A stretch of DNA of 64,000 nucleotides from Alphaproteobacteria bacterium (GCA_965267185.1 OZ253937.1:720909-784908); one strand, 5' to 3'. Positions 28,846 to 40,405 are shown, counted from the first letter of the stretch. Notes: a model not told the origin generated them from the sequence alone. Translations and numbers: made by a program.

Positions 28846-30492
28846 TTAAGCCTCGTCGCTCTTGGGCCGCATGAGATCGGCCAGGGCTTCCGGCGAATCC
28901 ACGTCCAGCAAGACCCCGCTATCGGGCATCTCCACTTCGTGGACCAGGTCGGCATTGGCGCCGATCAGATGCTTGGCGCCCACATCGCCGTCGATCTCTT
29001 CCATCTCGGCGAAGAAGCGCTTGGCCCACAGCACCGGGTTGCCACGCTTGCCCTGCCAGGTGGGCACGACGATGGCGCGGCCGTCTGCCGGCGAAAAGGC
29101 CTCGATGAGACGCACCACATGGGCCGCCTGCACCCGCGGCATGTCGCCGAGCGCAACCAACGCGCCGTCGGCGTCGTCGGGGACGGCGGCGATGCCAGTG
29201 CGCAGCGACGTGCTGAGGCCCTCGGCATAGTCCTCGTTATGGACGAAACTCACATTGGCGTTGGCGAGCACGGCGCGCACCCGGTCGGGCTCGTGGCCGG
29301 TGACGACGATGATGGGATCGGCCCCGGCCTCGCGCACCATGTCGACCGCGTGGCGCACCATCTCCTTGCCGTCGACCTTCGCGAGCAACTTGTTGACGAC
29401 GCCCATGCGCCGTGACTGGCCGCCGGCCAGCACCACGCCGGCGATGCGCGGTTTGGCCGGCGTGGCCGCTACCTTTTGGCGCGGCGCGGCCTCGGCGCGG
29501 GGCAGGGGGCGGCTCGGGATTTCTTTCAACAGACCGCCGGTCCCCATGGCCCGGATATGGGCGGCGTCGACCGGCAGCTTCGCCAGCAGCCGCTCCAGCA
29601 CCAAATCGTTGCCGCCGATCTTGGGCGAGCGCGCTGAGCCCGGCAGCGCCAGCACCGGAACGGTCCCGAGGGTCGCCACCACCAGCAGATTGCCCGGATC
29701 GACTGGCATGCCGAAATGATCGATGCGGCCGCCGGCCTCGACGATCCCGGCGGGGATCACGTCGCGCCGGTCGGTGGTCGCTGAGGCGCCGACAATCAGG
29801 ATCAGTTCCGCCCCGCCCGATGCGATCTCTTTCAGCGCCGCGGCGACCGCGCCGGTCTCGTGGCCGCTCTGCCGGTCACCGGCCAGCGTCGAGCCCAGGT
29901 CGTTGACGCGCGCGCCGATCACCGACGAGGTTTTCTCCAGCACTTTGGCTTGGCTGCCCGGCAATGTGGTTTGCAAGAGCGCCACCCGGTGGGCCTGGAA
30001 GGGCCGCAGGTTGAACAGGGCGCCGCCCCGGCGCGCTTCCGCTTCCGCCGCGGTTAGGTCTTTTTCGGCGACGGCGAAGGGGATGATCTTGACCGTCGCG
30101 GCGATCTGGTTGGCCGCCACCCTGTCGCACGGCCGCACGGTGGCCACGGTGATGCCTTCGTCGATGGCGTTCACCGCGTCGATGCGCGCCGGATCGAAAT
30201 CCACCAGCCCGTCGGCGGCGGCGAACAGGTTGACCCGCCCGGTATTGGCAATGCCGAGGCGGATATTCTCGCCCGCTGCCGCTGTGCTGAGGCGCCGGGC
30301 GGCGTCGTTTTCGGTGATGTCGCCGGGCTCGAGCTGGAACACGGTGATCTCGGCCACCCCGGCCTCGGCCAGGGCGCCCACATCGGCGTCGCTCAGCACC
30401 TGGCCCTTGCGGTAGCGCTTACCGCCCAGGGTCTGGCTGTGGGCAAGGGTCGCGCCGGCGGCGCTTGCGACGGGAACGGGGCCAAATTTCAT
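28846..30492 (-). CDS. molybdopterin-binding domain fused to MobA-like NTP transferase (MocA-type molybdenum cofactor cytidylyltransferase)
   Basis: C-terminal AGVVLAGGQSRRMG...NKLL (MobA-like). The N-terminal half is a molybdopterin-binding (MoeA/CinA-like) fold. Confidence 0.8.
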   Translation of the reverse strand: MKFGPVPVASAAGATLAHSQTLGGKRYRKGQVLSDADVGALAEAGVAEITVFQLEPGDITENDAARRLSTAAAGENIRLGIANTGRVNLFAAADGLVDFDPARIDAVNAIDEGITVATVRPCDRVAANQIAATVKIIPFAVAEKDLTAAEAEARRGGALFNLRPFQAHRVALLQTTLPGSQAKVLEKTSSVIGARVNDLGSTLAGDRQSGHETGAVAAALKEIASGGAELILIVGASATTDRRDVIPAGIVEAGGRIDHFGMPVDPGNLLVVATLGTVPVLALPGSARSPKIGGNDLVLERLLAKLPVDAAHIRAMGTGGLLKEIPSRPLPRAEAAPRQKVAATPAKPRIAGVVLAGGQSRRMGVVNKLLAKVDGKEMVRHAVDMVREAGADPIIVVTGHEPDRVRAVLANANVSFVHNEDYAEGLSTSLRTGIAAVPDDADGALVALGDMPRVQAAHVVRLIEAFSPADGRAIVVPTWQGKRGNPVLWAKRFFAEMEEIDGDVGAKHLIGANADLVHEVEMPDSGVLLDVDSPEALADLMRPKSDEA

Positions 30493-30597
30493 GGTTGTGA
30501 CTGTACTCGGCTGAAGTAAAGAATAAGAGTATCATGGCCGCCCACAAGAGGCGTGGGCAAAAACGCCAGTATTTAGGACCGGTTTTTAGGGGACACG

Positions 30598-31188
30598 ATG
30601 CATTGGATGATTAAATGCCGTTCGAAGCCCAATACGGACGCGCTGCGCAACAAGACCATAGAAGATCACAAGAAGCATCTCGACAAATACCGCGACAATA
30701 CGTGGTTTTCCGGACCGCTGTTCTCCGATGACGGCACCTCGGCGATCGGCAGCCTGCGCTTTATCGAGTTTCCCGACCGCGCTGCCGCCGAGGCCTATAT
30801 CGAGGCCGACCCCTATACGACCGCGGGCATTTTCGCCGAGATCGATGTGGTGCGCTGGGAACCGGGGCTAACCCACAAGCAGCTGACCTATCCGCGAAAG
30901 GACGGCACCCTGCAGTTCATCGTCCGCAGCACCGATGCGCCGAATGCCTGCACGCTGCGCGCGCCGCTGGTCCAGGCCCATCGGGATTATATGGACCGGC
31001 ACGCCGACATCATCATCGCCCGCGGCCGCCTGGTCAGCGACGACGGCGCAAAGCCGGTCGGCAGCGCCGTGCTGCTCGACGTCGCCGATCGGGCGGCGGC
31101 GGAAATCTTCTGGGCGAACGAGCCGTTCAACGAAGCGGGGGTCTACCACCAAGCCACCATCGACCGCTGGATTTTTGGGCACGTGTAG
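30598..31188 (+). CDS. tandem YciI-like domain protein
   Basis: Two roughly 95-aa YciI-like repeats (…HLDKYRDNTWFSGPL… / …HRDYMDRHADIIIARGRL…). Confidence 0.6.
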   Translation: MHWMIKCRSKPNTDALRNKTIEDHKKHLDKYRDNTWFSGPLFSDDGTSAIGSLRFIEFPDRAAAEAYIEADPYTTAGIFAEIDVVRWEPGLTHKQLTYPRKDGTLQFIVRSTDAPNACTLRAPLVQAHRDYMDRHADIIIARGRLVSDDGAKPVGSAVLLDVADRAAAEIFWANEPFNEAGVYHQATIDRWIFGHV

Positions 31189-31300
31189 GGTGGACGATCA
31201 CCGCTCGATCGCATTTTCAACCGCCGCAGCTACCGAGACCAAAGAACGCGCAGAATCCAAGTGGCTACGAGTTTCCTTTGAACTTTAAACCTGATTTCGA

Positions 31301-31630
31301 ATGTTGAGTTTCATACATTTATTGAATCTGGTTCTACTACTAAGCCTGCTTATATGGCCGTTACTCTTTCTTTTAAGCGCTCGCCTCGTATTCCCAGGTG
31401 ATTTGGAAATTTCCGTACTTGGACAAATCTGGGGCCTGTCGATTTGGTTTTACCCGGTGCCCGTGTTGGTTGGCGGCATAGGCATATGGGTAAATAGAAA
31501 GACCACGGATGCGTGGGTACTTTCGCGATTTCTGATGATTAGCCTTATCGGTCCGTTATCCGTAGTAACCTTATTCGCTCTGGCAATGTTCGAGGAGCGG
31601 TTAATCGAAGCTTGGCTGATGCGGATCTAA
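31301..31630 (+). CDS. small hydrophobic membrane protein (low-GC island)
   Basis: 109 aa, 3-4 predicted TM helices, about 45% GC. Confidence 0.5.
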   Translation: MLSFIHLLNLVLLLSLLIWPLLFLLSARLVFPGDLEISVLGQIWGLSIWFYPVPVLVGGIGIWVNRKTTDAWVLSRFLMISLIGPLSVVTLFALAMFEERLIEAWLMRI

Positions 31631-31661
31631 CGAATGACCTCGGAATCTGCAGGTAAACACG

Positions 31662-31979
31662 ATGGGTGACATGGTGATTGTGGCTTACCGGCCCAAATCT
31701 GGATGCGACGAAGAACTGCTCAACCTGGTCTGCGACCATGTACCTTTGTTGCGTCGCCTGGGCTTGGCAACGGACCGCCAATCCCATGCCATGAAGGCGA
31801 AAGACGGTACTATCGTCGAAATCTTCGAGTGGGCCGACGGCGCCATCGGGAAAGCGCACCAGGACCCGCAAGTGCAGGAACTTTGGGCGCAATTCGAAAA
31901 GGTGTGCGACTACGTGCCGCTTAAAGATTTACCCGAAGCCGCGGACATGTTCGCCGAGTTCACGCCGATTGAGTTTTAA
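31662..31979 (+). CDS. small protein, possibly ABM/Dabb-like alpha-beta barrel
   Basis: 105 aa. Loose resemblance to ABM monooxygenase domains (VIVAYRPKSGCDEELLNLV...IVEIFEWADGAIGKAHQDPQVQELW). Confidence 0.45.
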   Translation: MGDMVIVAYRPKSGCDEELLNLVCDHVPLLRRLGLATDRQSHAMKAKDGTIVEIFEWADGAIGKAHQDPQVQELWAQFEKVCDYVPLKDLPEAADMFAEFTPIEF

Positions 31980-31980
31980 T

Positions 31981-33561
31981 TCAGCCGATTTTGAATAGGT
32001 TCCGGATCGCAAGCAGAATTAGGAATATCAGTATTACGCTAATGAGCGAGTGAACCACGGACAGCCCGCTGATTATGCTCGGTACTCCCGTTGGAAATAA
32101 ATCAGCCAGAAGTAAGCGTCGGTTTCCTCCAAGTGTCCCTAATATTGGCAGGACGTTACCGAGTGAAAGCTCAACTAGTTGGCTATCCCAAAAACCACGC
32201 AGACCATCGTTTATCGTCGCGTTGAACGCCCTTAGCGTAAGAGCATGGAAGCTGAAGAACGCCACGATAAGCCAAGCAAACGGCCTAACAATGCTGAGGC
32301 CGTAGTTCGATAAGATACCAAAGAGGAACAACGCTAGCGTCTGAACCGACGCGACAGCGGGGTTCCATCTAAATAACGGTCCCCGTTCAAGCCGTCGTTC
32401 GACTATGAACAGTCGGCGCTCGACGTCATGGGCTTTGCTCTCCTCCATCAATCTTCGAAGCAGACGTACCCGTGAGGCTATTTCACTGTCGCCTGTCCAC
32501 TCGTACTTCAAATGCCAAGGAACAAACCAGACGTCCAACAGGTCAATATGGCGGACGCCGATGCCGGTTGGATCGATGTTCTCTGCTCCACGAACATTCG
32601 TGAAAATCGGAGGCGTAGCGAAATCAGCGGTTCGAAAGTTGGCCGCTGCTTTGAACGTTCTATCGGAAAAATCGGCCGCCCCAGCAAATCGGCATCCTGC
32701 GAAAGAAATACTCTGAAAAACGTTAGGAGCGATGTGTCGCGTCCGCTCGGCAAGCCAGATCGCGCGCTTTTCGATGTTGAACTTTAGTGCGGTCGTTTCC
32801 AGAAACTCACTATAAAATTCTTGCGATCGACCGTTGAAATTACTGATCCCTCGAAATCTTGCACCATCGAATCGAACGCCGCCGGTAAATATAGTACCAT
32901 CGAATAGTGCCTCATGCCCGAAGTCTGCGCCTCCAAACAATGCGGCTTCCTTAAGTATCGCTCCTGCGAACGTCGGTCGAAAACCGAACCTCGCGCCCTC
33001 GAATGTTGTTAGGAAACCGAAGTTCGCACATTCGAATGCTGCCTTGTCGCCGAATGTTGCACTTTGGAACCATGCCCCGTTGTGAAATGTCGCCCCATTA
33101 AACAAGGCTTCGTCGGAGAATGAAGTCTCATTAAACTGAGCACTTCCACCGAATGTTGCTCCGTTGAATATCGCTCTTTTGCCAAATGTTGCACCTATGA
33201 AAATGTTCTCGTCGCCAAATTGCGCACCTTCAAATCTGGCAGATTTCCCAAAAACTGCGTCCGTAAAGTCGACTCGTTTGGCGAATATCGTGCGGCCGAA
33301 ATTTGCATTATCTCCGAAGTTCATACCTGAAAATTCAGGTGAACCAATGTTAGTAAAATTAATGTCAGAAAAATCGACTGGCGAGTCGTGCGGTGGGAGG
33401 GCGTCCAGGCCGAGTTTAGCAGCTAGATTCCCAGCCTCTATTTCTCTTAGCTCACCGGCACGCCAAATATTCCAGACATCTTTGCCTTGCAAGGCAAGGC
33501 GTCGAAATACCTCCGGTGGCGCAAGCGATTTCAAAGTACCGCGTGTGAAATTTTCTTCCAT
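31981..33561 (-). CDS. pentapeptide-repeat protein with a C-terminal multi-TM anchor
   Basis: More than 40 consecutive A(D/N)(L/F)xx pentapeptides (ATFGGSAQFNETSFSDEALFNGATFHNGAWFQSATFGDKAAF...), then hydrophobic helices (LALFLFGILSNYGL..., VILIFLILLAIRNLF). Low-GC region. Confidence 0.8.
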   Translation of the reverse strand: MEENFTRGTLKSLAPPEVFRRLALQGKDVWNIWRAGELREIEAGNLAAKLGLDALPPHDSPVDFSDINFTNIGSPEFSGMNFGDNANFGRTIFAKRVDFTDAVFGKSARFEGAQFGDENIFIGATFGKRAIFNGATFGGSAQFNETSFSDEALFNGATFHNGAWFQSATFGDKAAFECANFGFLTTFEGARFGFRPTFAGAILKEAALFGGADFGHEALFDGTIFTGGVRFDGARFRGISNFNGRSQEFYSEFLETTALKFNIEKRAIWLAERTRHIAPNVFQSISFAGCRFAGAADFSDRTFKAAANFRTADFATPPIFTNVRGAENIDPTGIGVRHIDLLDVWFVPWHLKYEWTGDSEIASRVRLLRRLMEESKAHDVERRLFIVERRLERGPLFRWNPAVASVQTLALFLFGILSNYGLSIVRPFAWLIVAFFSFHALTLRAFNATINDGLRGFWDSQLVELSLGNVLPILGTLGGNRRLLLADLFPTGVPSIISGLSVVHSLISVILIFLILLAIRNLFKIG

Positions 33562-33629
33562 ACAAAGAGTATGGCGGCTCTAATGTCAGGTAGACAATAG
33601 TTACGGGAACACACTCAGCGAGTGTTCGC

Positions 33630-34310
33630 TCACCCCTGCCTGAGCACCTCGGTGATCTGCGCCATGATGGAGATGGCGATTTCGGCGGGGCTTTTGGCGC
33701 CGATGGCAAGCCCGATGGGGGCGTGGATGCGGCCGATCTCGGCCTCGGTGAGGCCGGCTTCGGTGAGCCGTTCGACCCGGCCGGCATGGGTCCGTTTGCT
33801 GCCCAGCGAGCCGATATAGAAGGCAGGCGAGCGCAGGGCGACGTGCAGCGCCGGATCGTCCAGCTTGGGATCGTGGGTGAGGGTGACCACCGCGGTGCGG
33901 TTGTCGATGGCGAGCGCGGTGAGCGCGTCGTCGGGCCAGTCTTCGCTCAGCTCCACGCCGGGAAAGCGGTCGCCGGTGGCGAACGCGCCGCGCGGATCGA
34001 CGATGACCACGGCGAAGCCGGAGGTCTGGGCGATCTCGACCAAGGGCTGGGCGATGTGGACCGCGCCGACGATGATCAGGCGCTTGGGCGGGTTGAACAC
34101 CTGAATGAAGTGCTCGCCCACGCGGCGCGAGCGGTCGTCGACGAACCCCTGGCGGGCGGCCTCGACCACCTCGTCGGAGAGTTCGAGCGTGCCGCCGACC
34201 TCGTCGGGGTAGACCAGCGCCTGCGCGCCGCTCGCCAGTTCCGAGACCAGCGCCACGGGCCGTTTGTTTGCCCGCGCCTCTAAGACCGCGTTGAGGGTGT
34301 CTTGCTGCAT
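33630..34310 (-). CDS. XdhC/CoxI family protein, C-terminal Rossmann-like domain
   Basis: RLIIVGAVHIAQPL...VVIVDPR...LGSKR. In frame with the upstream N-terminal-domain ORF, separated from it by a TAG codon. Confidence 0.8.
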   Translation of the reverse strand: MQQDTLNAVLEARANKRPVALVSELASGAQALVYPDEVGGTLELSDEVVEAARQGFVDDRSRRVGEHFIQVFNPPKRLIIVGAVHIAQPLVEIAQTSGFAVVIVDPRGAFATGDRFPGVELSEDWPDDALTALAIDNRTAVVTLTHDPKLDDPALHVALRSPAFYIGSLGSKRTHAGRVERLTEAGLTEAEIGRIHAPIGLAIGAKSPAEIAISIMAQITEVLRQG

Positions 34311-34316
34311 GGCGGC

Positions 34317-34664
34317 CTAGTCTAAACGTTCCACATAGACTTCGACTTTGCCGCCGCAGGCGAGGCCGACTTCCCAGGCCATTTCGTCGCTAACGCCGAA
34401 ATCGAGCAGGCGCGGCTTGCCGTCTTCCATCACTTCCTTGGCGTCGTGGACGACGGCGCCTTCGATGCAGCCGCCCGAGACCGAGCCGATCATGTTGCCG
34501 TCGCCGTCGACGGCGAGCTGGCTGCCCACGGGGCGGGGCGACGAGCCCCAGGTGCTCACCACCGTGGCGATGGCGACGTCCTTGCCTTCCTTGCGCCACG
34601 CGGCGGCTTTTTCCAGAACATCGTCATGGTCGAAGGTTTCCAGTCTTGGGGTCGTGTCGTTCAT
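34317..34664 (-). CDS. XdhC/CoxI family protein, N-terminal domain only
   Basis: VAIATVVSTWGSSPRPVGSQLAV...GSVSGGCIEG. ATGA overlap with the coxE stop. Confidence 0.75.
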   Translation of the reverse strand: MNDTTPRLETFDHDDVLEKAAAWRKEGKDVAIATVVSTWGSSPRPVGSQLAVDGDGNMIGSVSGGCIEGAVVHDAKEVMEDGKPRLLDFGVSDEMAWEVGLACGGKVEVYVERLD

Positions 34665-35962
34665 GCGGCGGCCTCCAGCATGCGGCGGATCGTGGTATCG
34701 TCGGCGGACGGGCGGCTGAGCGCGTCGGCCAGTTGTTGCAGGCTTTGCAAATTGTGCACCGAGCGGAAATCGTCGACATGGGGCAGTAACGCCCGCGCCC
34801 CCAGCGATTTCGGCTCGTAACGGTCATAACGTAAGAGCGGGTTCAGCCAGATCAAGCGCCGGCACGACTTGTGGAGCCGTTCGATTTCGGCCTCGAGGCC
34901 GTCGGCGGCATCGCGGTCGAGCCCGTCGGTGATCAGCAGCACCACGGCGCCCTGGCTCAAGGTGCGGCGCGACCAGTTCACGTTGAAATCGTGCAGGCTG
35001 TGGCCGATCCGGGTACCGCCCGACCAGTCGTCGACGGCGTCGGCGCAGCGGTCGAGCGCCTCATCGACATCCTTGTAGCGCAGATAGCGGGTGACGTTGG
35101 TGAGCCGCGTGCCGAACAGGAAGGTGTGCACCCGGTCGCGGTCGTTGGTGACCGCATGCAAAAAGTGCAGGATCATGCGCGAATAGCGGCTCATGGAGCC
35201 GGAAATGTCGCACAGAACCACCAGCGGCGGATGACGGCGGCGGCGCTTGCGGTATTGCAGCGGAATCGAGGCGCCGCCCGAGCGCAGGGCGGAGCGCAGC
35301 GTGGCGCGCATGTCGATGCGCGCGCCCGCCGGATCGCGGCGGAAGCGGCGGGTCGGCACTTCCATGATCGGCAGGCGCATGCGGGCAATCGCCCGTTTGG
35401 CCTGATCGAGTTCCTCGGACGACATTTTCTCGAAGTCCATATCCTGGAGAACTTCGCGTGCCGACCAGGTCATTACCGCGTCGACGGTCACTTCGGGCTC
35501 GTCCTCGTCGCCGTCGCCATCGTTGCCCGCGTCGGGCTGATCGGCCTTGAGCGCCTCGGCGAGCCGCCGGTTGATCTCTTCGGTCTCCGGCGGCGGGGTT
35601 TCCTGGTCGACGAAGGAGGGCAAGACCAGGGCGGTCATGCGCTCGAGCAATTGCGGGTTGCGCCAGAAGATGTGGAAGGCTTGGTCGAAGATTTCCCGCT
35701 GGTCGCGCCGGTTCACGAACACCGCGTGCAGCGTCCAGTAGAAATCGTCGCGGTTGCCCAGGCCCACCGTCTCGACCGCGCGCAGCGCATCCAGCACCTT
35801 GCCGGGGCCGACCGGCAGGCCGGCGGCGCGCAACACGCGGGCGAAATGCATGATATTGGCGGCGATCTTGCCGTCGCCACCTGACTTGTCGCTCACTTCC
35901 GGCAGGGCCGCTTGCGCCGCGAGCGCGAGGCGGCCTTCATCAGGGATGGATTTCTGCGACAT
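34661..35962 (-). CDS. coxE: VWA-domain protein (CoxE-like)
   Basis: VWA MIDAS motif LVVLCDISGSM; 433 aa; follows a MoxR ATPase gene. Confidence 0.85.
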   Translation of the reverse strand: MSQKSIPDEGRLALAAQAALPEVSDKSGGDGKIAANIMHFARVLRAAGLPVGPGKVLDALRAVETVGLGNRDDFYWTLHAVFVNRRDQREIFDQAFHIFWRNPQLLERMTALVLPSFVDQETPPPETEEINRRLAEALKADQPDAGNDGDGDEDEPEVTVDAVMTWSAREVLQDMDFEKMSSEELDQAKRAIARMRLPIMEVPTRRFRRDPAGARIDMRATLRSALRSGGASIPLQYRKRRRRHPPLVVLCDISGSMSRYSRMILHFLHAVTNDRDRVHTFLFGTRLTNVTRYLRYKDVDEALDRCADAVDDWSGGTRIGHSLHDFNVNWSRRTLSQGAVVLLITDGLDRDAADGLEAEIERLHKSCRRLIWLNPLLRYDRYEPKSLGARALLPHVDDFRSVHNLQSLQQLADALSRPSADDTTIRRMLEAAA

Positions 35963-35967
35963 CTGGG

Positions 35968-36894
35968 TCAGCCGGCCGCGCGTTGCGCCGCCGCGACCTC
36001 GTTCTTGATCTGGTCGAGGATTTGCGCCGCTTCGCTACCGCGGATCTGGGCGATATCGTCCTGATATTTCAGCAGCACGCCGAGGGTGTCGTCGATGGCT
36101 TCCGGCGTGAGCTCGATCACGTCGAGCTGGTTGAGCGCCGACGCCCAGTCGATGGTCTCGGCGATGCCCGGCAGCTTGAACAGGTCCATCTCGCGCAGCT
36201 TCTGCACGAACTCCACCACCTGGCGGCTCAGCTTGGCGTCGACCTGGGGCGCCTTGAGCTTGAGGATCGCCATCTCGCGGTCGGCGTCGGGGTAATCGAC
36301 CCAATAGTAGAAACAGCGCCGTTTGAGGGCGTCGTGGATTTCGCGCGTGCGGTTCGAGGTGATCACCACGATGGGCGGCTTTTCGGCGTGGACGGTGCCG
36401 ATCTCCGGTATAGTGATCTGGAAGTCGGACAGCACTTCCAAGAGATAGGCTTCGAACGGCTCGTCGGTGCGGTCGAGCTCGTCGATCAGCAGCACCGGCG
36501 GGCCGTCGAGCGCCGGTTCCAGGGCCTGGAGGAGGGGGCGCTTGATCAAGAACCGGTCGGAGAAAATATCGTTGCCGAGCTGGTCGCGGTCCTCGATGCC
36601 TTCCGCCTCGGACATGCGGATTTCGATCATCTGGGCGGCGTAGTTCCACTCATAGACCGCTGAGGCGACGTCGAGGCCCTCGTAACACTGCAGGCGCACC
36701 AATTTGCGGCCGAGCGCATCGGCCAGCACCTTGGCGATCTCGGTCTTGCCGACCCCAGCCTCGCCTTCGAGAAACAGCGGCCGGTTGAGGTGCAACGCCA
36801 GGTGGACCGCCGTCGCCAGGCTGCGGTCGGCGATGTAGCTGCCCTTGGCCAGCAGTTCGACGGTGGACTCGACGTTATCGGGAATATTGGTCAA
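35968..36894 (-). CDS. coxD: MoxR-family AAA+ ATPase (CoxD-like)
   Basis: Walker A EGEAGVGKTE, Walker B LLIDELDR. Confidence 0.88.
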   Translation of the reverse strand: MTNIPDNVESTVELLAKGSYIADRSLATAVHLALHLNRPLFLEGEAGVGKTEIAKVLADALGRKLVRLQCYEGLDVASAVYEWNYAAQMIEIRMSEAEGIEDRDQLGNDIFSDRFLIKRPLLQALEPALDGPPVLLIDELDRTDEPFEAYLLEVLSDFQITIPEIGTVHAEKPPIVVITSNRTREIHDALKRRCFYYWVDYPDADREMAILKLKAPQVDAKLSRQVVEFVQKLREMDLFKLPGIAETIDWASALNQLDVIELTPEAIDDTLGVLLKYQDDIAQIRGSEAAQILDQIKNEVAAAQRAAG

Positions 36895-37059
36895 CGTTCG
36901 CTCGCGATGTTGGAGGTCTGCAAAACGGCACTGAAATAGTGATCGGTGCGCGGAGTCTCCCGCCCACCATGCCGGTAGTTAACGCGCTGGAGCCGGATAC
37001 CGCGTTGATATAGCTCACTGACCCACTTTGGCCAAGGGAGCCACAAAGACGAGATGGAA

Positions 37060-37187
37060 AGCCCCTCTCCCATGGGGAGAGGGGTTGGGGTGAGGGGGTA
37101 AGATGTATCCAGGATATCCTCTAACCGTCCCTAAACCCTCACCCGGCTCGCTAGCGCTTGCCACCCTCTCCCTTAGGGAGAGGGTTA
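37060..37187 (+). repeat. REP/MITE-like nested palindromic element, copy 2 (within the cox operon, between coxM and coxD)
   Basis: About 90% identical to copy 1, same orientation. Confidence 0.9.
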
Positions 37188-37208
37188 AGCGAGCTTTTCG
37201 GAATGATA

Positions 37209-38003
<795 letters not shown>

Positions 38004-38044
38004 TTTGTTCCTCCCTGCAGAACGGCGGTGGCGCCGAACCTAAC

Positions 38045-40405
38045 TTAAGCGTTCTGAATGGCCTGCCACACCTTGACCGGCGTGGCGGGCATGGAAATAT
38101 CGTCGACCCCCAAGGGGGCGAGCGCGTCGAGAACCGCGTTGATCACCGCCGGCGGCGAGCCGATGGCGCCCACTTCGCCGACACCCTTGACCTCGAGCGG
38201 GTTGGAGGCGCCCATGACGCCCTCGGTGCCCACATTGTAGCTGGGCAGATCGTCGGCCCGCGGCATGGTGTAATCCATATACGAGCCGGTCAGCAGTTGG
38301 CCGTCGCCGTCATACACGCAGCCTTCGAGCAGCGCTTGGCCGATGCCTTGGGTCACGCCGCCATGGACCTGACCCTCGACGATCATCGGGTTGATTACCC
38401 GGCCGACATCGTCGACCGCGGTGAAGTTGGCGATATCGACGATGCCGGTGTCGGGGTCGACCTCGACTTCGCAGATATGGCAACCCGCCGGGAAACTAAA
38501 GTTCAAGGGATCGTAGAAGGCATTCTCGTCGAGACCCGGCTCGATTTCCTCGATCGGGTAGTTGTGCGGCACGTAGGCCGCCAACGCGACTTCGCCGAAC
38601 GCCATCTCGCGGTCGGTGCCCGACACGGTGAACTTGCCGTCCTTGAACTCGATATCGGCCTCCGAGGCCTCGAGGATGTGCGCGGCGATCTTCTTGGCCT
38701 TGTCGATCACCTTGTTGCAGGCCTTGAGCAGCGCCGACCCGCCGACCGCAATCGAGCGCGAGCCATAGGTGCCCATGCCGAATTGCACTTCGCCGGTATC
38801 GCCGTGGCTGATCTCGATCTGGTCGACCGGAATGCCGAAGCTCTCCGACACCACTTGGGCGAAGGTCGTCTCATGGCCCTGGCCGTGGCTGTGGGTGCCG
38901 GTATAGACCGTGACTGAACCGGTGGGATGCACCCGCACTTGCGCGGACTCGTAAAGTCCGGCGCGGGCGCCCAGCGCCCCGGCGACCGCCGACGGCGCGA
39001 TGCCGCAGGCTTCGATATAGGTCGAAACGCCGATACCGCGCCGTTTGCCGTTGCTCTCCGATTCCGCCTGCCGGGCCGCGAAGCCGTCATAGTCCGCCGC
39101 CTTGAGGGCGCTTTCGAACGCCGCCGGGTAGTTGCCGACGTCGTACTGCAAAGCGACCGGGGTCTGATACGGGAACTGATCGGCCTGGATCATATTCTTT
39201 TGGCGAATCTCGACCGGATCGATGCCGGTTTCGCGCGCCGCCTTGCTCACCAAACGCTCGAGCAGATAGGTGCACTCGGGCCGCCCGGCGCCGCGATAGG
39301 CATCGACGGGAACGGTGTTGGTAAACACGGTCTTCACTTCGCAATAGATCGCCGGGGTGGTGTAAACGCCGGCCAGCAGCGTGCCGTACAAATAGGTCGG
39401 CACGCTCGATCCGAAGGTTGACAGGTAGGCGCCGATATTGGCCTTGGTGGCGACGCGCAGGCCCAGGAACTTGCCGTCGCTGGACAGCGCCAGCTCGGCA
39501 TGGGTCTCATGGTCGCGGCCATGGGCGTCGGTCATGAAGGATTCCGAGCGCTCGGCGACCCACTTGATCGGCCGCTGCGGCACCTTGGCCGAGGCCCAGG
39601 TGATGATCGCTTCTTCGGCGTAGTGGAAAATCTTCGAGCCGAAGCCGCCGCCGACATCGGGGGCGACGATGCGCAGTTTGTGCTCGGGGATTTGCAGTAC
39701 GAACGCGCCCATCAACAGCCGGATGACATGCGGGTTTTGCGTCGTCGTGTGGAGCGTATATTGCCCGGTCGACGGGTCGTGATGCCCGATCGCCGCGCGC
39801 GGCTCCATGGCATTGGGGATGAGCCGGTTGTTGACCACGTCGATCGAGACGACGTGGTCGGCATCGTTGAATGCCGCTTCGGTCGCGTCCTTGTCGCCCA
39901 ACTCCCAATCGAAGCACATATTGTTGGGCACGTCGTCGTGGACCAGAGCATCGCCGGCGAGCGCTGAGTCCATGTCGACGGCCGCCGGCAATACGGCGTA
40001 ATCGACCGCGATCAGCTCGGCGGCATCGCGCGCCTGTTCTTTGGTCTCGGCGATAACGACGGCGACTTGATCGCCGACATAACGCACTTTTTCGACCGCG
40101 AGCGGCGGATGGGGCGGCTCGTGCATCGGCGAGCCGTCCTTGCTGTGAATTTGCCAGCCGCAGGGCAGGCCGCCCACTTCGTCGGCCGCCATGTCGGCGC
40201 CGGTGAAGACTGCAACGACGCCGGGAGCCTGGGCCGCTGCGTTGGTATCCACGCTGTTGATCCGGGCGTGGGCGTGCGGCGAGCGCAACATCCAGGCGTA
40301 AAGCTGGCCCGGTTGGTTGATATCGTCGGTGTAGCGGCCGCGTCCGGTCAGGAAGCGTTTATCTTCGACCCGTTTGACGGAGGCGCCAATGCCGGTCTCG
40401 CTCAT
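38045..40405 (-). CDS. coxL: molybdopterin-dependent hydroxylase large subunit, form II CoxL-like (AYRGAGR motif)
   Basis: [11 protein letters not shown] active-site loop (form II signature; the form I signature would be VAYRCSFR); 786 aa from ATG 40405. Confidence 0.88.
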   Translation of the reverse strand: MSETGIGASVKRVEDKRFLTGRGRYTDDINQPGQLYAWMLRSPHAHARINSVDTNAAAQAPGVVAVFTGADMAADEVGGLPCGWQIHSKDGSPMHEPPHPPLAVEKVRYVGDQVAVVIAETKEQARDAAELIAVDYAVLPAAVDMDSALAGDALVHDDVPNNMCFDWELGDKDATEAAFNDADHVVSIDVVNNRLIPNAMEPRAAIGHHDPSTGQYTLHTTTQNPHVIRLLMGAFVLQIPEHKLRIVAPDVGGGFGSKIFHYAEEAIITWASAKVPQRPIKWVAERSESFMTDAHGRDHETHAELALSSDGKFLGLRVATKANIGAYLSTFGSSVPTYLYGTLLAGVYTTPAIYCEVKTVFTNTVPVDAYRGAGRPECTYLLERLVSKAARETGIDPVEIRQKNMIQADQFPYQTPVALQYDVGNYPAAFESALKAADYDGFAARQAESESNGKRRGIGVSTYIEACGIAPSAVAGALGARAGLYESAQVRVHPTGSVTVYTGTHSHGQGHETTFAQVVSESFGIPVDQIEISHGDTGEVQFGMGTYGSRSIAVGGSALLKACNKVIDKAKKIAAHILEASEADIEFKDGKFTVSGTDREMAFGEVALAAYVPHNYPIEEIEPGLDENAFYDPLNFSFPAGCHICEVEVDPDTGIVDIANFTAVDDVGRVINPMIVEGQVHGGVTQGIGQALLEGCVYDGDGQLLTGSYMDYTMPRADDLPSYNVGTEGVMGASNPLEVKGVGEVGAIGSPPAVINAVLDALAPLGVDDISMPATPVKVWQAIQNA

